64,000 nucleotides of DNA from Fimbriimonadales bacterium (GTDB taxonomy: Bacteria > Armatimonadota > Fimbriimonadia > Fimbriimonadales > JABRVX01), in the NCBI GenBank assembly GCA_045862955.1, contig BTVI01000003.1, forward strand, positions 32,001 to 96,000. Direction: 5' to 3'. The notes under the pieces were generated by a model, which saw only the letters and a program-made list of their open reading frames with translations, had not been told where the DNA came from and made no database searches. Position numbers and translations under genes: made by a program. Within the stretch, counting starts at the first letter, position 1. Each line of letters starts with the position of its first letter. Below are positions 38,100 to 47,843 of the stretch, piece after piece.

Positions 38100-39269
38100 G
38101 TGACGATCCAACCTATTCGCGAAGAACACGTCGAGCCGGTGCAGCTCCTGTGGGATTTCTGCTTCAACCGCGGCGAGCGAGGCCCGCGCTTGGCTTTCGA
38201 GCAGCTATCGCACGACCGCGTGGAGACCTTCGTGGTGGCGGACGATGGAGGCTTGCAGAGTGCCTACCTCTCCATCCACTTCGATATGTCGTACGACGCG
38301 CATCGGCTGCCCATGAGTGGCATTGCGGGTGTGGCGGTGGCACCCGCGGCGCGTGGACGCGGCTATGCCCATCGCATGATGCAGCACGCCGTGATGCGCG
38401 CTAGGGAGCGCGGTATGCCTGTCAGTATGCTGTGGGCATTCAGTCTCGACTTCTATCGCGAGTTAGGGTGGGAATTGGTAGGACGCATCTACCAGTTCGA
38501 GCTACCTATCAGGGAGATACGACTCGGCGCGGAGTCGCAGCATGTGCGACAGGTGGAGCCGAACGCGTCCGACGCGATTATGACGCTCCAGAGGACGTAT
38601 GCGGCTCGCTATCGCGGTGCCTGTGAGCGTGCCCAACGAAGATGGGAGCACCTGCTACGAGAGAGGGACCGGCCTATCAACATGTTCGTGTACGAGGGAG
38701 CGAGCGGACCGGAGGGCTACATGTACTATTGCCTACCACCGGTGGGAGAAGACAGGATGACACTGACCGAGCTGGTCGCGCTAACACCCGAGGCGCACCG
38801 AGGGCTGTTAGGCTCGATCCGACGATTGGAGATGCAGGTCGAGCACGCCCAGTGGCGCGGGCCTGCCGACGACTGGGTGCTGGTCGAACCGTACGATTCT
38901 TGCCTGCAAGTTTCGGTCTTGCGTCAGCCGATGCTGCGAGTGGTGGATCCCGGTGCGTTGTTGGCGCTGCAGTGCCGAGAGGATGTCTCGACAGACTACA
39001 CGCTGCGCGTCGAGGAAGCCGAATGGGCCGGCGGTCCGACAGGCTATCGGGTGCACGTCCGTGCCGGTGTATCGGAGGTGACCCCTTGCGCGCCTGAGGA
39101 TTGTGCGCTCGGCATGACGCAGCGCACGTTCGCGCAGTGCTTCATGGGTGATCCCGACGCGAGCGTGCTACGACGTGCGGGACACATCGAGGTGCGAGAC
39201 GAGGCGGCTTTTCACGCGTTCCGCCAGCACTTCCCGCCCGCTGTACCCTATGCGACCGAGTCGTTCTAA
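38100..39269 (+). CDS. Eis-like GNAT acetyltransferase with SCP2-like C-terminus
   Basis: GIAGVAVAPAARGRGYA, FY..LGW, MLRVVD, C-terminal aromatic residue; ~390 aa. Confidence 0.82.
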   Translation: MTIQPIREEHVEPVQLLWDFCFNRGERGPRLAFEQLSHDRVETFVVADDGGLQSAYLSIHFDMSYDAHRLPMSGIAGVAVAPAARGRGYAHRMMQHAVMRARERGMPVSMLWAFSLDFYRELGWELVGRIYQFELPIREIRLGAESQHVRQVEPNASDAIMTLQRTYAARYRGACERAQRRWEHLLRERDRPINMFVYEGASGPEGYMYYCLPPVGEDRMTLTELVALTPEAHRGLLGSIRRLEMQVEHAQWRGPADDWVLVEPYDSCLQVSVLRQPMLRVVDPGALLALQCREDVSTDYTLRVEEAEWAGGPTGYRVHVRAGVSEVTPCAPEDCALGMTQRTFAQCFMGDPDASVLRRAGHIEVRDEAAFHAFRQHFPPAVPYATESF

Positions 39270-39287
39270 AGAAGGAAGATTGGAATC

Positions 39288-40121
39288 ATGGCATCGCCTG
39301 CGATACTCTCGACGCGTGCGGCACTAAGCTTCACCGAGCGCCAGTTCATGCTGATCAAGCGGTACTGGGGCTGGGAGGCCATGTTCTTGGTGTACACGCT
39401 GTGCAGCACGTTGGCCATCGGATACCTAGCTGCGGGACTGACGGCGCAGGGCACCGTGCAAGATGTGGGGGCGCAGCAACGGATCACCATCTATCTCTTG
39501 GTCGGGACCCTCCTATGGGGCTACCTTTCCACCTTGTTTTGGGAGCTCAGCGCAATCATGGGTTGGGAGCGTTGGGAGGGTACCATCGAGTACACCTTCA
39601 TGGCGCCCGTCCCACGCTTTGCACACCTGTTCGGCATGTGTATCTATGCGATTCTCTACGCACTGGCTCGAACGGGAGCCACTCTGCTCATCGTGGTGCT
39701 GATGTTCACACTGGCGTTTCAGAATGCTAACTGGATTGGCGCGCTGAGCGTTCTGCTCGTCGGTACCGTGTCGTTCGTCGGCATCGGGATTCTGGTAGCA
39801 ATCCTGCCGCTTCTCGCACCAGAGAAGGGTCAGATGATTGCGGGAGCCATCGAAGGCATCATGCTACTGATATCGGGTGTGTACTACCCGATCGAAGTGC
39901 TGCCAACGTGGATGCAGTGGGCAGCCCGCCTCTCGCCTGCCACATATACACTGCACGGGATCCGCGCCTCGCTGGTAGAGGGAGCAGGCTTCTCGGCGCT
40001 AACGAACGACCTGTTGGTTCTCGGCGTGATGGGTGTGGTGGCGGTGCCGCTCGGCATGTGGCTGTTCGGTGTTGCCGAGAACTACTGCAAGCGTACCGGG
40101 CGACTTAAGCGCAGCGGGTAG
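39288..40121 (+). CDS. ABC-2 type exporter permease
   Basis: WERWEGTIE...MAP, SGVYYP...LP.W, six TM helices. Confidence 0.9.
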   Translation: MASPAILSTRAALSFTERQFMLIKRYWGWEAMFLVYTLCSTLAIGYLAAGLTAQGTVQDVGAQQRITIYLLVGTLLWGYLSTLFWELSAIMGWERWEGTIEYTFMAPVPRFAHLFGMCIYAILYALARTGATLLIVVLMFTLAFQNANWIGALSVLLVGTVSFVGIGILVAILPLLAPEKGQMIAGAIEGIMLLISGVYYPIEVLPTWMQWAARLSPATYTLHGIRASLVEGAGFSALTNDLLVLGVMGVVAVPLGMWLFGVAENYCKRTGRLKRSG

Positions 40122-40190
40122 GGGGGCTCCTTCCTGCCAGGCGCGGCCACATGTGTCATGCCGAGTGCGGTGCAGACGAGCCACGGAGTA

Positions 40191-40358
40191 CGTCATGCTG
40201 AGCTTGTCGAAGCATGACGCCGAGAGCCGCATGGTAACAACTAGAGATGCAATGGTAGCGGCATCCGCCGTCATGCTTCGACAAGCTCAGCATGACGTGC
40301 CTGATCCTGCGCATGACGTGCCTGATCCTGCGCATGACGTGCCTAATCCTGCGCATGA
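40191..40358. repeat. Inverted REP pair followed by a 21-bp tandem repeat x3
   Basis: CGTCATGCTGAGCTTGTCGAAGCATG at 40191, inverse ending at ~40297; GCATGACGTGCCTGATCCTGC x3 at 40290-40352. Confidence 0.9.
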
Positions 40359-40409
40359 AGGTGGCAACTACCTTAGCATGGAGGTGGCAACCAAGCAATC
40401 AGGCGCACG

Positions 40410-43400
40410 CTACCACTCCAGTGACACAGACAGGAACGTACCAGCCGGGACGCTAACAGGTTGCTCCAGCGTTACCGAGGCCAAGCCAGTAGCCGTGCGA
40501 CCGAGAGTCGCCTTCACCACCTTGCCACTGTGCCGAACCACGCACGATTTCGGCGCGACGGGTGTCTGCAGCTCCAATCGTGCCACACGCACGGTGCCGT
40601 ACTTCACGCGCAGCAGATCGGTCTGCCGCCGGCCTTCGCGGGTCTGGTCGAGAGCCCCCCAACCCTGTGCTCCCGCGAAGAACGATCGATGCCTTTCTGG
40701 TGAAACCGTAGGTGCGAAGCGGATCAGGCCACGCGGTCCATCGTAGAACAGCCCCTGGGCACCTGTCAGCACGCTCCAACTGCTCATCGCTCTGGCGTAG
40801 TGGTCCCCGCACTCGATCTCGTTCCATGGGCTACGCTCGATGGGCGGTCGCCGCCGACCGTCATAGCGGTCGTCGATCGCTTTCACGATGCGGTAGGCAT
40901 CCTCGATCCTGCCACGTCGCAGCAGCATCCCGGCGATCTCGTATTCCAATCCAGTCCACACCTCGTCGCTATACAACGTTGCCCGCGGCGGACGTCCGCC
41001 GTTCGGCCAGGTGCAGCAGAGCAAACCCCTGTCACCCGCTCCCGCGAAGTACCTCTGCTGAGGTACCTCCGCAAAGTCCTCGCGCCAGTTGTACTTGAGA
41101 ATGGATGACAGTGTCGTACTAACTCTATCAGATGGCAGCAGACTTCCCAGCGAAAGGATGTCCGCCCACCACTGACCGAGTAGCTGATCCGTGTGGCAGC
41201 CGGGTCCATAGGGCAGGTCCACGTCGGGGTTGTGCTCGGGCCAGTCCTCCAGCAGCCACGTAGGCATCCCGTCCTTCTTTTGGTGCAGATGCACGTAGAA
41301 CTCTCCGTTCCAAAGCACCTCGTCCAGGCGCTTCGATCCGCTCAGGTAGAGACCGCGATACAGCTCGGCAGCCTGCCTGTCTCCGTTCAGCAACGCCATC
41401 TCCTCGCCGGCCCGCAACGCCGCCAGGTAGAGCGTGCCGATGAACGTGTTCGGCCCGTACATGGCAGCATCATAGGTGTTCCACTGCTCATTGACCAGAA
41501 CGCCATCCTTGTTCGGGTCCCAATCACGTATCACGAACTCCAGCGCCTTCTTGACTTTGGGCCACCATTCGCGTAGCCACTTGTCATCCTTCGAGTACAG
41601 GTGTTCACGGTATGCCTTTAGGATGGTGCCGAGCTGTCCGTCCACGAATGCGCCATGAGCTCGGGGTGCGCTGAGCGGCAAGGCCGTGCGATGTCTGACC
41701 GCACCATTCTCCATCATCTGCACACCGAGGTCGGTCTCCCGCATAATGCGTTCCAACTGAGGGAACAGCGCCGCGATCGTCTGCTCATAGTTGAACACGT
41801 GCGTGCAGTTCATTGGGCAGCAACCCGCACCCTCGAAAGCCGCGAACGTGCCGTCCTCCAACCATAATACGCTCTGTGATGTCAGCGTGCTCGCCTGCGA
41901 CGACACGCGCCGTACCAGCCAGTAGGGAAGGGTGGAGTCGTAAAAGGTGTCACGAAACAACGTGGTCTCGTAGCGAAGCCGGCGGAAGTTCGCGGCGACG
42001 TATTGCGCAGCGGCCTGCGAGTCGCGGAACCACTTGGAGTACACATGCCCGAGACGGTACCTTGCTAGGTTGCGATCGTAGGTGGCATAGTGGTTCGGAA
42101 AGCTCCACGAGATGATGAATGGCACTTCACGCGTCTCGCCGGGCTTAAGACGGAACCGTGATACCACCGCTCCGTTGTACGTAGTGCCTGGGGCACTCGG
42201 CTGTGACTTCGGAAAGCCGGCTACGGCTCTGCCCGATGAGAATAACCCCCACAAACCGGCAGGATCCGTCCAAGCGGCACGCGCGTCCGCCGATCCGTCC
42301 AACACGCTTAGGGTCATCGAACCGAACTGCGCAGCTTGCTCCGACAGCGTCGGCAGTGTCATATGCACTGCGGTGCATCCCGGCACACGCACTACCTCAT
42401 TGACATTCCCTCCGTATCCGGCGAAACGCACCCCTTCGATGACACCCACTCCATCGTAGTTCACCGCATTCTGCAGAGTGCCCATTAGCGCGACGTCCCT
42501 CTGTGTCTTGCCCGGGTTGTGCACGCGAAACACATACACGATTGCCGGAAGGCCGGAGTCCTTCGCGTTGGCAGGAACGAAGGGCGAGAAGGCCTGAAGC
42601 TCGACCCGCACAGGCAGCTTCGAATCCGAGTAGCGCAGCTCGGCAATAGGGAATTCGCCGAAGTATTCGATATCGTCGACCCCAGGCAGGCCGTACTCGG
42701 GCTCCTTTGCTAGCACCGAGGCTCTGCCGGGAGTCCAAATAACGAACATCTGCCCAGGCACCACGCAACGTGCATTCACTTTGTTGAATATCTGCCACTT
42801 GCGCAGCTTGCCATCGCCGCACAGCGCAATGTTGCCTGCTCCAATACCGCCCATTGGCATGGAGAGGTCCGCTAGGTGCTCGCCCCGGTAGGGCTGACGC
42901 GTCGCAGGCTTTAGTAGAGAGTCGTACCACGCCTTGCGGTCGGCCTCTGCTTTCCGAATCGCTTGCTCTCGCGCACGGATCTCGGCCGGCGTCATCTCGC
43001 CCAGGTCGTCCACATTGATATGGCCCCATCCGCTCGTCGCCGTGTCTACCACCAGAAAGTACACGTCCTCACCGACGTACTCGGACACGTCCCAGTACTT
43101 GCGCACCATCGCCTCGGCGTTTCGCCCAGTCTCGCGATACAGCGCTCTGCCGTCGCTCGCGCGCACTAACACCACGTAGGTGCGATCGGGATCGTTTCCG
43201 CCTCCGACTAACAGCGTAATCCACGGCGAACGTATGCGAAAGGTCGGTGACTGGAGGCTGCCGGTCGCAGCATCGCCCTTGCTCTCGTAGGTGCCGATGA
43301 AGTACGTACCCTGCTTGTTGAAGTTGCCGCCGTGCCGATCGTTGTCGGTGGACGCAGGCTGCTTGCCCAGATCGCCCACTACGGCTGTCCAGCCCTGTAG

Positions 43401-43511
43401 CGTACCGTCTTCGAAGTCGAAGCGTGTGAGCTGCTGCGGTATCCTCGTCGCGGCCAGATAGGACAGTGACAACGCTATCGCAACCAGTCCTACCAACAGT
43501 CGAACCTTCAT
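40410..43511 (-). CDS. Secreted GH116-family glycoside hydrolase with an extra N-terminal beta-sandwich domain
   Basis: MPMGGIGAG, GEFP, FEG..CC..NCTHV, NTYD, EVWTG, EIECGDHYARAMSSW. Confidence 0.85.
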   Translation of the reverse strand: MKVRLLVGLVAIALSLSYLAATRIPQQLTRFDFEDGTLQGWTAVVGDLGKQPASTDNDRHGGNFNKQGTYFIGTYESKGDAATGSLQSPTFRIRSPWITLLVGGGNDPDRTYVVLVRASDGRALYRETGRNAEAMVRKYWDVSEYVGEDVYFLVVDTATSGWGHINVDDLGEMTPAEIRAREQAIRKAEADRKAWYDSLLKPATRQPYRGEHLADLSMPMGGIGAGNIALCGDGKLRKWQIFNKVNARCVVPGQMFVIWTPGRASVLAKEPEYGLPGVDDIEYFGEFPIAELRYSDSKLPVRVELQAFSPFVPANAKDSGLPAIVYVFRVHNPGKTQRDVALMGTLQNAVNYDGVGVIEGVRFAGYGGNVNEVVRVPGCTAVHMTLPTLSEQAAQFGSMTLSVLDGSADARAAWTDPAGLWGLFSSGRAVAGFPKSQPSAPGTTYNGAVVSRFRLKPGETREVPFIISWSFPNHYATYDRNLARYRLGHVYSKWFRDSQAAAQYVAANFRRLRYETTLFRDTFYDSTLPYWLVRRVSSQASTLTSQSVLWLEDGTFAAFEGAGCCPMNCTHVFNYEQTIAALFPQLERIMRETDLGVQMMENGAVRHRTALPLSAPRAHGAFVDGQLGTILKAYREHLYSKDDKWLREWWPKVKKALEFVIRDWDPNKDGVLVNEQWNTYDAAMYGPNTFIGTLYLAALRAGEEMALLNGDRQAAELYRGLYLSGSKRLDEVLWNGEFYVHLHQKKDGMPTWLLEDWPEHNPDVDLPYGPGCHTDQLLGQWWADILSLGSLLPSDRVSTTLSSILKYNWREDFAEVPQQRYFAGAGDRGLLCCTWPNGGRPPRATLYSDEVWTGLEYEIAGMLLRRGRIEDAYRIVKAIDDRYDGRRRPPIERSPWNEIECGDHYARAMSSWSVLTGAQGLFYDGPRGLIRFAPTVSPERHRSFFAGAQGWGALDQTREGRRQTDLLRVKYGTVRVARLELQTPVAPKSCVVRHSGKVVKATLGRTATGLASVTLEQPVSVPAGTFLSVSLEW

Positions 43512-43612
43512 CACGCCTCCTCCTTGCACTCCGTGGCGATGGCAGAACTACTCATGCTACACCCAACCGATTGCTCTGTCATTGCCTTCAAATCCAGGTC
43601 CGGCGGCCAAAG

Positions 43613-43719
43613 CGTCATGCTGAGCCTGTCGAAGCATGATCCCGTTAGCCGCACGCTATCGAGTTAGGATGCTACCATCGCGGTACCTGACCGCATGCTT
43701 CGATGGGCTCAGCATGACG
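43613..43719. repeat. Inverted REP pair (same family as 23964)
   Basis: Core at 43613-43638 and a slightly degenerate inverse at 43694-43719. Confidence 0.88.
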
Positions 43720-43760
43720 GGTCCTCGGCTATATCGAACGCGCAACCGATCAACGCAGCT

Positions 43761-44720
43761 CTACGGGATCTCCTCCCCGCCTGCCTCCACGTTCTCCTTC
43801 GTGTAAATCCGCGTCGGCAGCACCACCTTCTTCGGTGGCGTCGCCTTATCTCGCAGGATGCGGATCACCCAATCCACGGCTTCCTTGCCGCCGGTCGGAT
43901 ACAAGAAGGTGGCATCCAAGATCCCCTGCTTCACGTAGTTGATCCCTTCGTGCGGCAGCGCGTCGATGCCGATAAACTTCATCTCCTTCTCGCGTCCCTT
44001 CTGCTTGGCGGCCGTGTAGGCACCATGCGCGCTGGGATCGTTGTGACCGTATACGGCATCGATCTTGTCGAACCGCGCTAGCGCGGAGTTCATCTCCGCC
44101 ATTGCGCGTGTCTCCTGCCATCCGCAGTCCGGGTCGAACACCACTTTGATCTGCGAGCCCTTGATGCCTTCGATGAAGCCGTTATGGCGGTCCTTGCCCG
44201 GCTCGGAGGTCATCAGGCCCTTCAGCTCCACCACCGTGCCCTTGCCGCCCAGTACCTTCACGAGATACTGCCCGGCAGCACGTCCGATCTTCACGTTGTC
44301 CGCGCCGATGAACATGGTGAAGTCCTCCCCGTTCACTGCGCGGTCCAAAACTATGACCGGAATGCCCGACTTGTACGCCTCTGCCACGGGTGCCGTGAGC
44401 GGCTCGGTCTCCTTCGGGCTGATGATGATGGCGTCTACTCCCTGCTGCATGAACTCCTTCACGTGCTGCTGTTGCACCTCGCTCTTGTTCTGTGCATCCT
44501 TGAAGATCACACGAAGCTCGGGGTACGCCTTCGCAGCCTCCTCCACGTCTTTGTTCATCTGCTGACGCCACGGCTCGCCGAGATTGCACTGGGACATGCC
44601 CACGACGAACTGCTTCTCTGCACCGTCGCCAGATGGCCCCCGACTCTCCTTGGCAGGCCCGCCACAGCCGGCCGACAACAGAACGAGCCCAACGAGCGGG
44701 GCTAGAGTCATCCTTCGCAT
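43761..44720 (-). CDS. Monosaccharide ABC transporter substrate-binding lipoprotein (RbsB-like)
   Basis: Lipobox LSAG|C; GIPVIVLDR, IGADN, HND, GID. Confidence 0.9.
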   Translation of the reverse strand: MRRMTLAPLVGLVLLSAGCGGPAKESRGPSGDGAEKQFVVGMSQCNLGEPWRQQMNKDVEEAAKAYPELRVIFKDAQNKSEVQQQHVKEFMQQGVDAIIISPKETEPLTAPVAEAYKSGIPVIVLDRAVNGEDFTMFIGADNVKIGRAAGQYLVKVLGGKGTVVELKGLMTSEPGKDRHNGFIEGIKGSQIKVVFDPDCGWQETRAMAEMNSALARFDKIDAVYGHNDPSAHGAYTAAKQKGREKEMKFIGIDALPHEGINYVKQGILDATFLYPTGGKEAVDWVIRILRDKATPPKKVVLPTRIYTKENVEAGGEEIP

Positions 44721-44730
44721 AGCGTCCTCC

Positions 44731-45771
44731 TTAGCGGCGAGAGCGGGATTGCTGGATCATCACCGCCGCCACGATGATCCCACCTTTCGCCAGCAGGCGG
44801 TATGCCTCCTGGACGTTGTTGATGCTGAGAATCTTGTTGATGTAGGCGATGATGAGCACGCCGATGAACGTGAACACCATGCCCCCGCGTCCGCCCATCA
44901 GACTGGTTCCGCCAATGACCACCGCGGCAATCGCGTCGAGTTCGTAGGTGAAGCCCGCCTCCGAAGGGTCGCCCAGCCCGAGCCGCGCCGCGTTCGAGAC
45001 CCCTGCCATGCCCGCCGTGATGCCGCAGATCACGTAAGCGAGCACCTTCGTCAGCGAAACGTTGATTCCCGAAAGTCTGGCCGCCTGCTCGTTGCCGCCT
45101 ACCGCGTACAGCGTGCGGCCGTAGGTCGTGTACCGGACCACGAAGTACAGCACGACCACCGTAATCAGGAAAGCGAGCGTGATGGGCTGCAGACCTAGGC
45201 CGGGAAGTGGGGAAGTGAGCCAGTCGAACACGGGCGGTCGCCCCGCCTGATACACGTACCACGGTTGGGCGCCCGGCTGGATCTTGATGCCCCCAGAGAT
45301 CACCTTGGCCAATCCGCGTGCAGCCACCATCATCGCTAGCGTGGCGACGAACGGCTGCATTCGCAGCTTCGTCACTAGCGTGCCACTGATAAGACCCGCT
45401 ACCCCACCGGCCCCCACAGTGACTGCAATCGCGGGAAGCGCTGCCCATCCGTAGCCGACCGTCAGCAGCGAGAAAAAGGTCGCGGCGAATCCGAGCAGCG
45501 AGCCCACGGCCAGGTCAATCCCAGCCGTTAGGATTACCAGCGTCATCCCGCACGCCAATAGGCCGTACTCCGCATACTCGTACAGGATATCGAGCTGCGT
45601 CGTGGGTTGCAGGAAGATGGAGTGGCCCGTCTTCAGTGAAACGGGGCTGAACGCCACCCCTAGCATGAACACGAACAGAAACGCGATTACGCCGCGAGCG
45701 CCGTCTAGAAGATCCAGAACGGTGCGCACGCGGCTGCGAGTCTGCTCTGCCGGTCCAAGATGGGGGTTCAC
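44731..45771 (-). CDS. Monosaccharide ABC transporter permease (RbsC-like)
   Basis: GIDL.VG, PFVATL, GR..YAVGGN..AARLSGI, ELDAIAAVVIGGTSL. Confidence 0.92.
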   Translation of the reverse strand: MNPHLGPAEQTRSRVRTVLDLLDGARGVIAFLFVFMLGVAFSPVSLKTGHSIFLQPTTQLDILYEYAEYGLLACGMTLVILTAGIDLAVGSLLGFAATFFSLLTVGYGWAALPAIAVTVGAGGVAGLISGTLVTKLRMQPFVATLAMMVAARGLAKVISGGIKIQPGAQPWYVYQAGRPPVFDWLTSPLPGLGLQPITLAFLITVVVLYFVVRYTTYGRTLYAVGGNEQAARLSGINVSLTKVLAYVICGITAGMAGVSNAARLGLGDPSEAGFTYELDAIAAVVIGGTSLMGGRGGMVFTFIGVLIIAYINKILSINNVQEAYRLLAKGGIIVAAVMIQQSRSRR

Positions 45772-45819
45772 GGTTTGCCTTCCCGTTCCGCCCTGGGCAT
45801 GGGGATTCCTGCCGACGAA

Positions 45820-46704
45820 CTAGACGGTCGTAGGCAGCCCCAGGCTCTCGAACCGCGCCATCATCTCGCTCGTCTGCCCCTCGGTGAGGTCTAGCAAGGG
45901 TAGTCGCATCTTGCCACCGGGCAGCCCCCGTGCCCGTACGGCGGCCTTTCCAGCGGCGGGGAGGCCGTATTGGCGCAGCACATCGTTCATCGCCGACAGG
46001 CGCTCCTGAGCGCTCTCCGGATCGCCACCGGTCTGAAAGGCTCGCACCACCGCGACCGCGAGCTCCGGATAGGCGTTCGATGCCCCGCTCACCGTGCCCG
46101 CGCCGCCGAGGCGAAGACACTCCAGCAGCAGGTTCTCTTGCCCCACCATCACGCACCTGCCCGGTAGCCTCTGGAGGGCAGCACGAAGGTAATCGGGTGA
46201 ACCGGAGCTGTCCTTCATCCCCAGCAGGTTCGGGTGGTCGGCAAGCTCGGCGAGCGTCTCGATCTCGATGGGAGTGTCGGTGATTTGCGGAATGTTGTAC
46301 AGCAGCACCGGCAGTCGAGCGGCGTCTAGCACCCGCAGGTAGTACTCGCGCACTCCGGCCTGCGGCGGATTCTTGAAATAGTAGGGTGGCATCACGAGAG
46401 CGGCATCACAGCCTTCTGCGGCCGCGTGCTTGTTCAGCAGGTTGGTGTCTTCGAGGTTCGCCGAGCCCGTCCCGGCGATGATGCGCAGTTTCCCGCGGTG
46501 CGTGGCGGCCAGCGTGAACAGGTCCATGCGCTCGCGCACGGTCATCGAGGCTGCCTCACCGTTGGTGCCGCTAACCACCACGCCGTCGCAACCCACCGAC
46601 TCGTGCCACGCCAGCAACCGCACGAACGCCGCCGAGTCGATCCGCCCCTCCTCGTCGAACGGCGTGATCACCGCCGGAAACACCCCGAACAACCTCTGTC
46701 CCAT
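45820..46704 (-). CDS. DapA/NanA-family aldolase/dehydratase
   Basis: TPF, GTNGE, PPYY, LYNIP, KDSSG; substrate not assignable. Confidence 0.85.
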   Translation of the reverse strand: MGQRLFGVFPAVITPFDEEGRIDSAAFVRLLAWHESVGCDGVVVSGTNGEAASMTVRERMDLFTLAATHRGKLRIIAGTGSANLEDTNLLNKHAAAEGCDAALVMPPYYFKNPPQAGVREYYLRVLDAARLPVLLYNIPQITDTPIEIETLAELADHPNLLGMKDSSGSPDYLRAALQRLPGRCVMVGQENLLLECLRLGGAGTVSGASNAYPELAVAVVRAFQTGGDPESAQERLSAMNDVLRQYGLPAAGKAAVRARGLPGGKMRLPLLDLTEGQTSEMMARFESLGLPTTV

Positions 46705-46944
46705 ACCCAAAGCCTACCCGACCAGGCCTCCCGCGCTCCCGCCCCCTCAGTGCCTCCTTCATCCTTCACCACTCGCCGTGGTGAGGCAAGCATGATGTGC
46801 GATACGCAAGAGGACTTGTCAGACTAGCCACGAAGCAAGCTGCGGAGTGCCGTACTCAGCCACCCGGTTGCCCGCGGGATTGCGGGGTGGCGCGGGACCA
46901 AGGGCGGGGATAACCGCAGTCCAACAGAAGAGTCTCCAAGAAAG

Positions 46945-46964
46945 TGACACTATATATGGTGTCA
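46945..46964. promoter_or_regulatory. Palindromic operator upstream of hicA
   Basis: TGACACTA-TATA-TGGTGTCA (near-perfect inverted repeat) next to TATAAT at 46971. Confidence 0.65.
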
Positions 46965-46974
46965 AGACGGTATA

Positions 46975-47250
46975 ATGATAAAGAGACGCCTTGTAGACGT
47001 CTGGAGGGACGGGAACCGTGCAGGACATCGAGTCGACGAGGTGTTGGCCGAACTGAAGCGGTTGGACTTCAGCCTCGTGCTGACGACCAAGGGCCACTAC
47101 AAGATATGGCATCCGAAGCTCGAATGCTGCCCGCACTTCCCGATGGGGTTCATCTTGATAAACCCCCATGCTTTCGGAAGGCAGGGCGAAGTCCACCCGG
47201 CCGCCATCCGGGACATACTGAAGGCCCTAGATTGGATTGAACAGGAATGA
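46975..47250 (+). CDS. hicA: HicA-like toxin
   Basis: L..LDF...TKGHYKIWHP...PH....EV.PAAIRDIL, the HicA dsRBD-like pattern; ATGA overlap with the hicB-like gene. Confidence 0.7.
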   Translation: MIKRRLVDVWRDGNRAGHRVDEVLAELKRLDFSLVLTTKGHYKIWHPKLECCPHFPMGFILINPHAFGRQGEVHPAAIRDILKALDWIEQE

Positions 47251-47843
47251 AGACGCTGAATGAGTTGCTGAACGCCTACACGATCAAGGTCACGCCTCTG
47301 CCTGCTTCGGATGGTGGGGGGTTCGAGGCGATCTACGAAGAGCTTGCGTCAACCGCTGCCGGCTATGGTGAAACGCCTGCGGCGGCCGTTGACGCACTCC
47401 GCGAGCTTGCAGAGAACGGACTGTCGGACGAGCCGCTGGATAGCATGCCCGCACCACGGACCCACGCGCCGTGGGCGTCGTACAGCGGGCGGGTAACGCT
47501 GCGCCTGCCGAAGACCCTCCACGCCCGCCTCGACCGGCTGGCGGACGAACAAGGCGTGAGCCTTAACCAACTGATGGTTCAGGCCCTCCAGTCCGCTGCG
47601 GATGCCCTCACCGCAGGCCTGGACTTCGGCCCCGTATTGCCCGCAACGTCTCCGTCAATCATCGGCGAGATGCGAGAGGTTCGAGCGGCCATGGACGAGG
47701 TAGCGAGTTCATCACTCGTCGTGATTCCTGCTGTTGACTTCGAACCGCAGTATCGGCGCACCGGTAAGAGGCACGGACTGAAATTCGAGCGCATCGGAGG
47801 TGACGATGGTGGCTACGGGCGTATCGAGCCCAGTATCTGCTGA
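47247..47843 (+). CDS. hicB: HicB-like antitoxin with RHH domain and long C-terminal extension
   Basis: GGF.A...EL...GET..AA..L; YSGRVTLRLPKTLHARL..LA..QGVSLNQL; ~80 extra C-terminal residues. Confidence 0.85.
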   Translation: MKTLNELLNAYTIKVTPLPASDGGGFEAIYEELASTAAGYGETPAAAVDALRELAENGLSDEPLDSMPAPRTHAPWASYSGRVTLRLPKTLHARLDRLADEQGVSLNQLMVQALQSAADALTAGLDFGPVLPATSPSIIGEMREVRAAMDEVASSSLVVIPAVDFEPQYRRTGKRHGLKFERIGGDDGGYGRIEPSIC

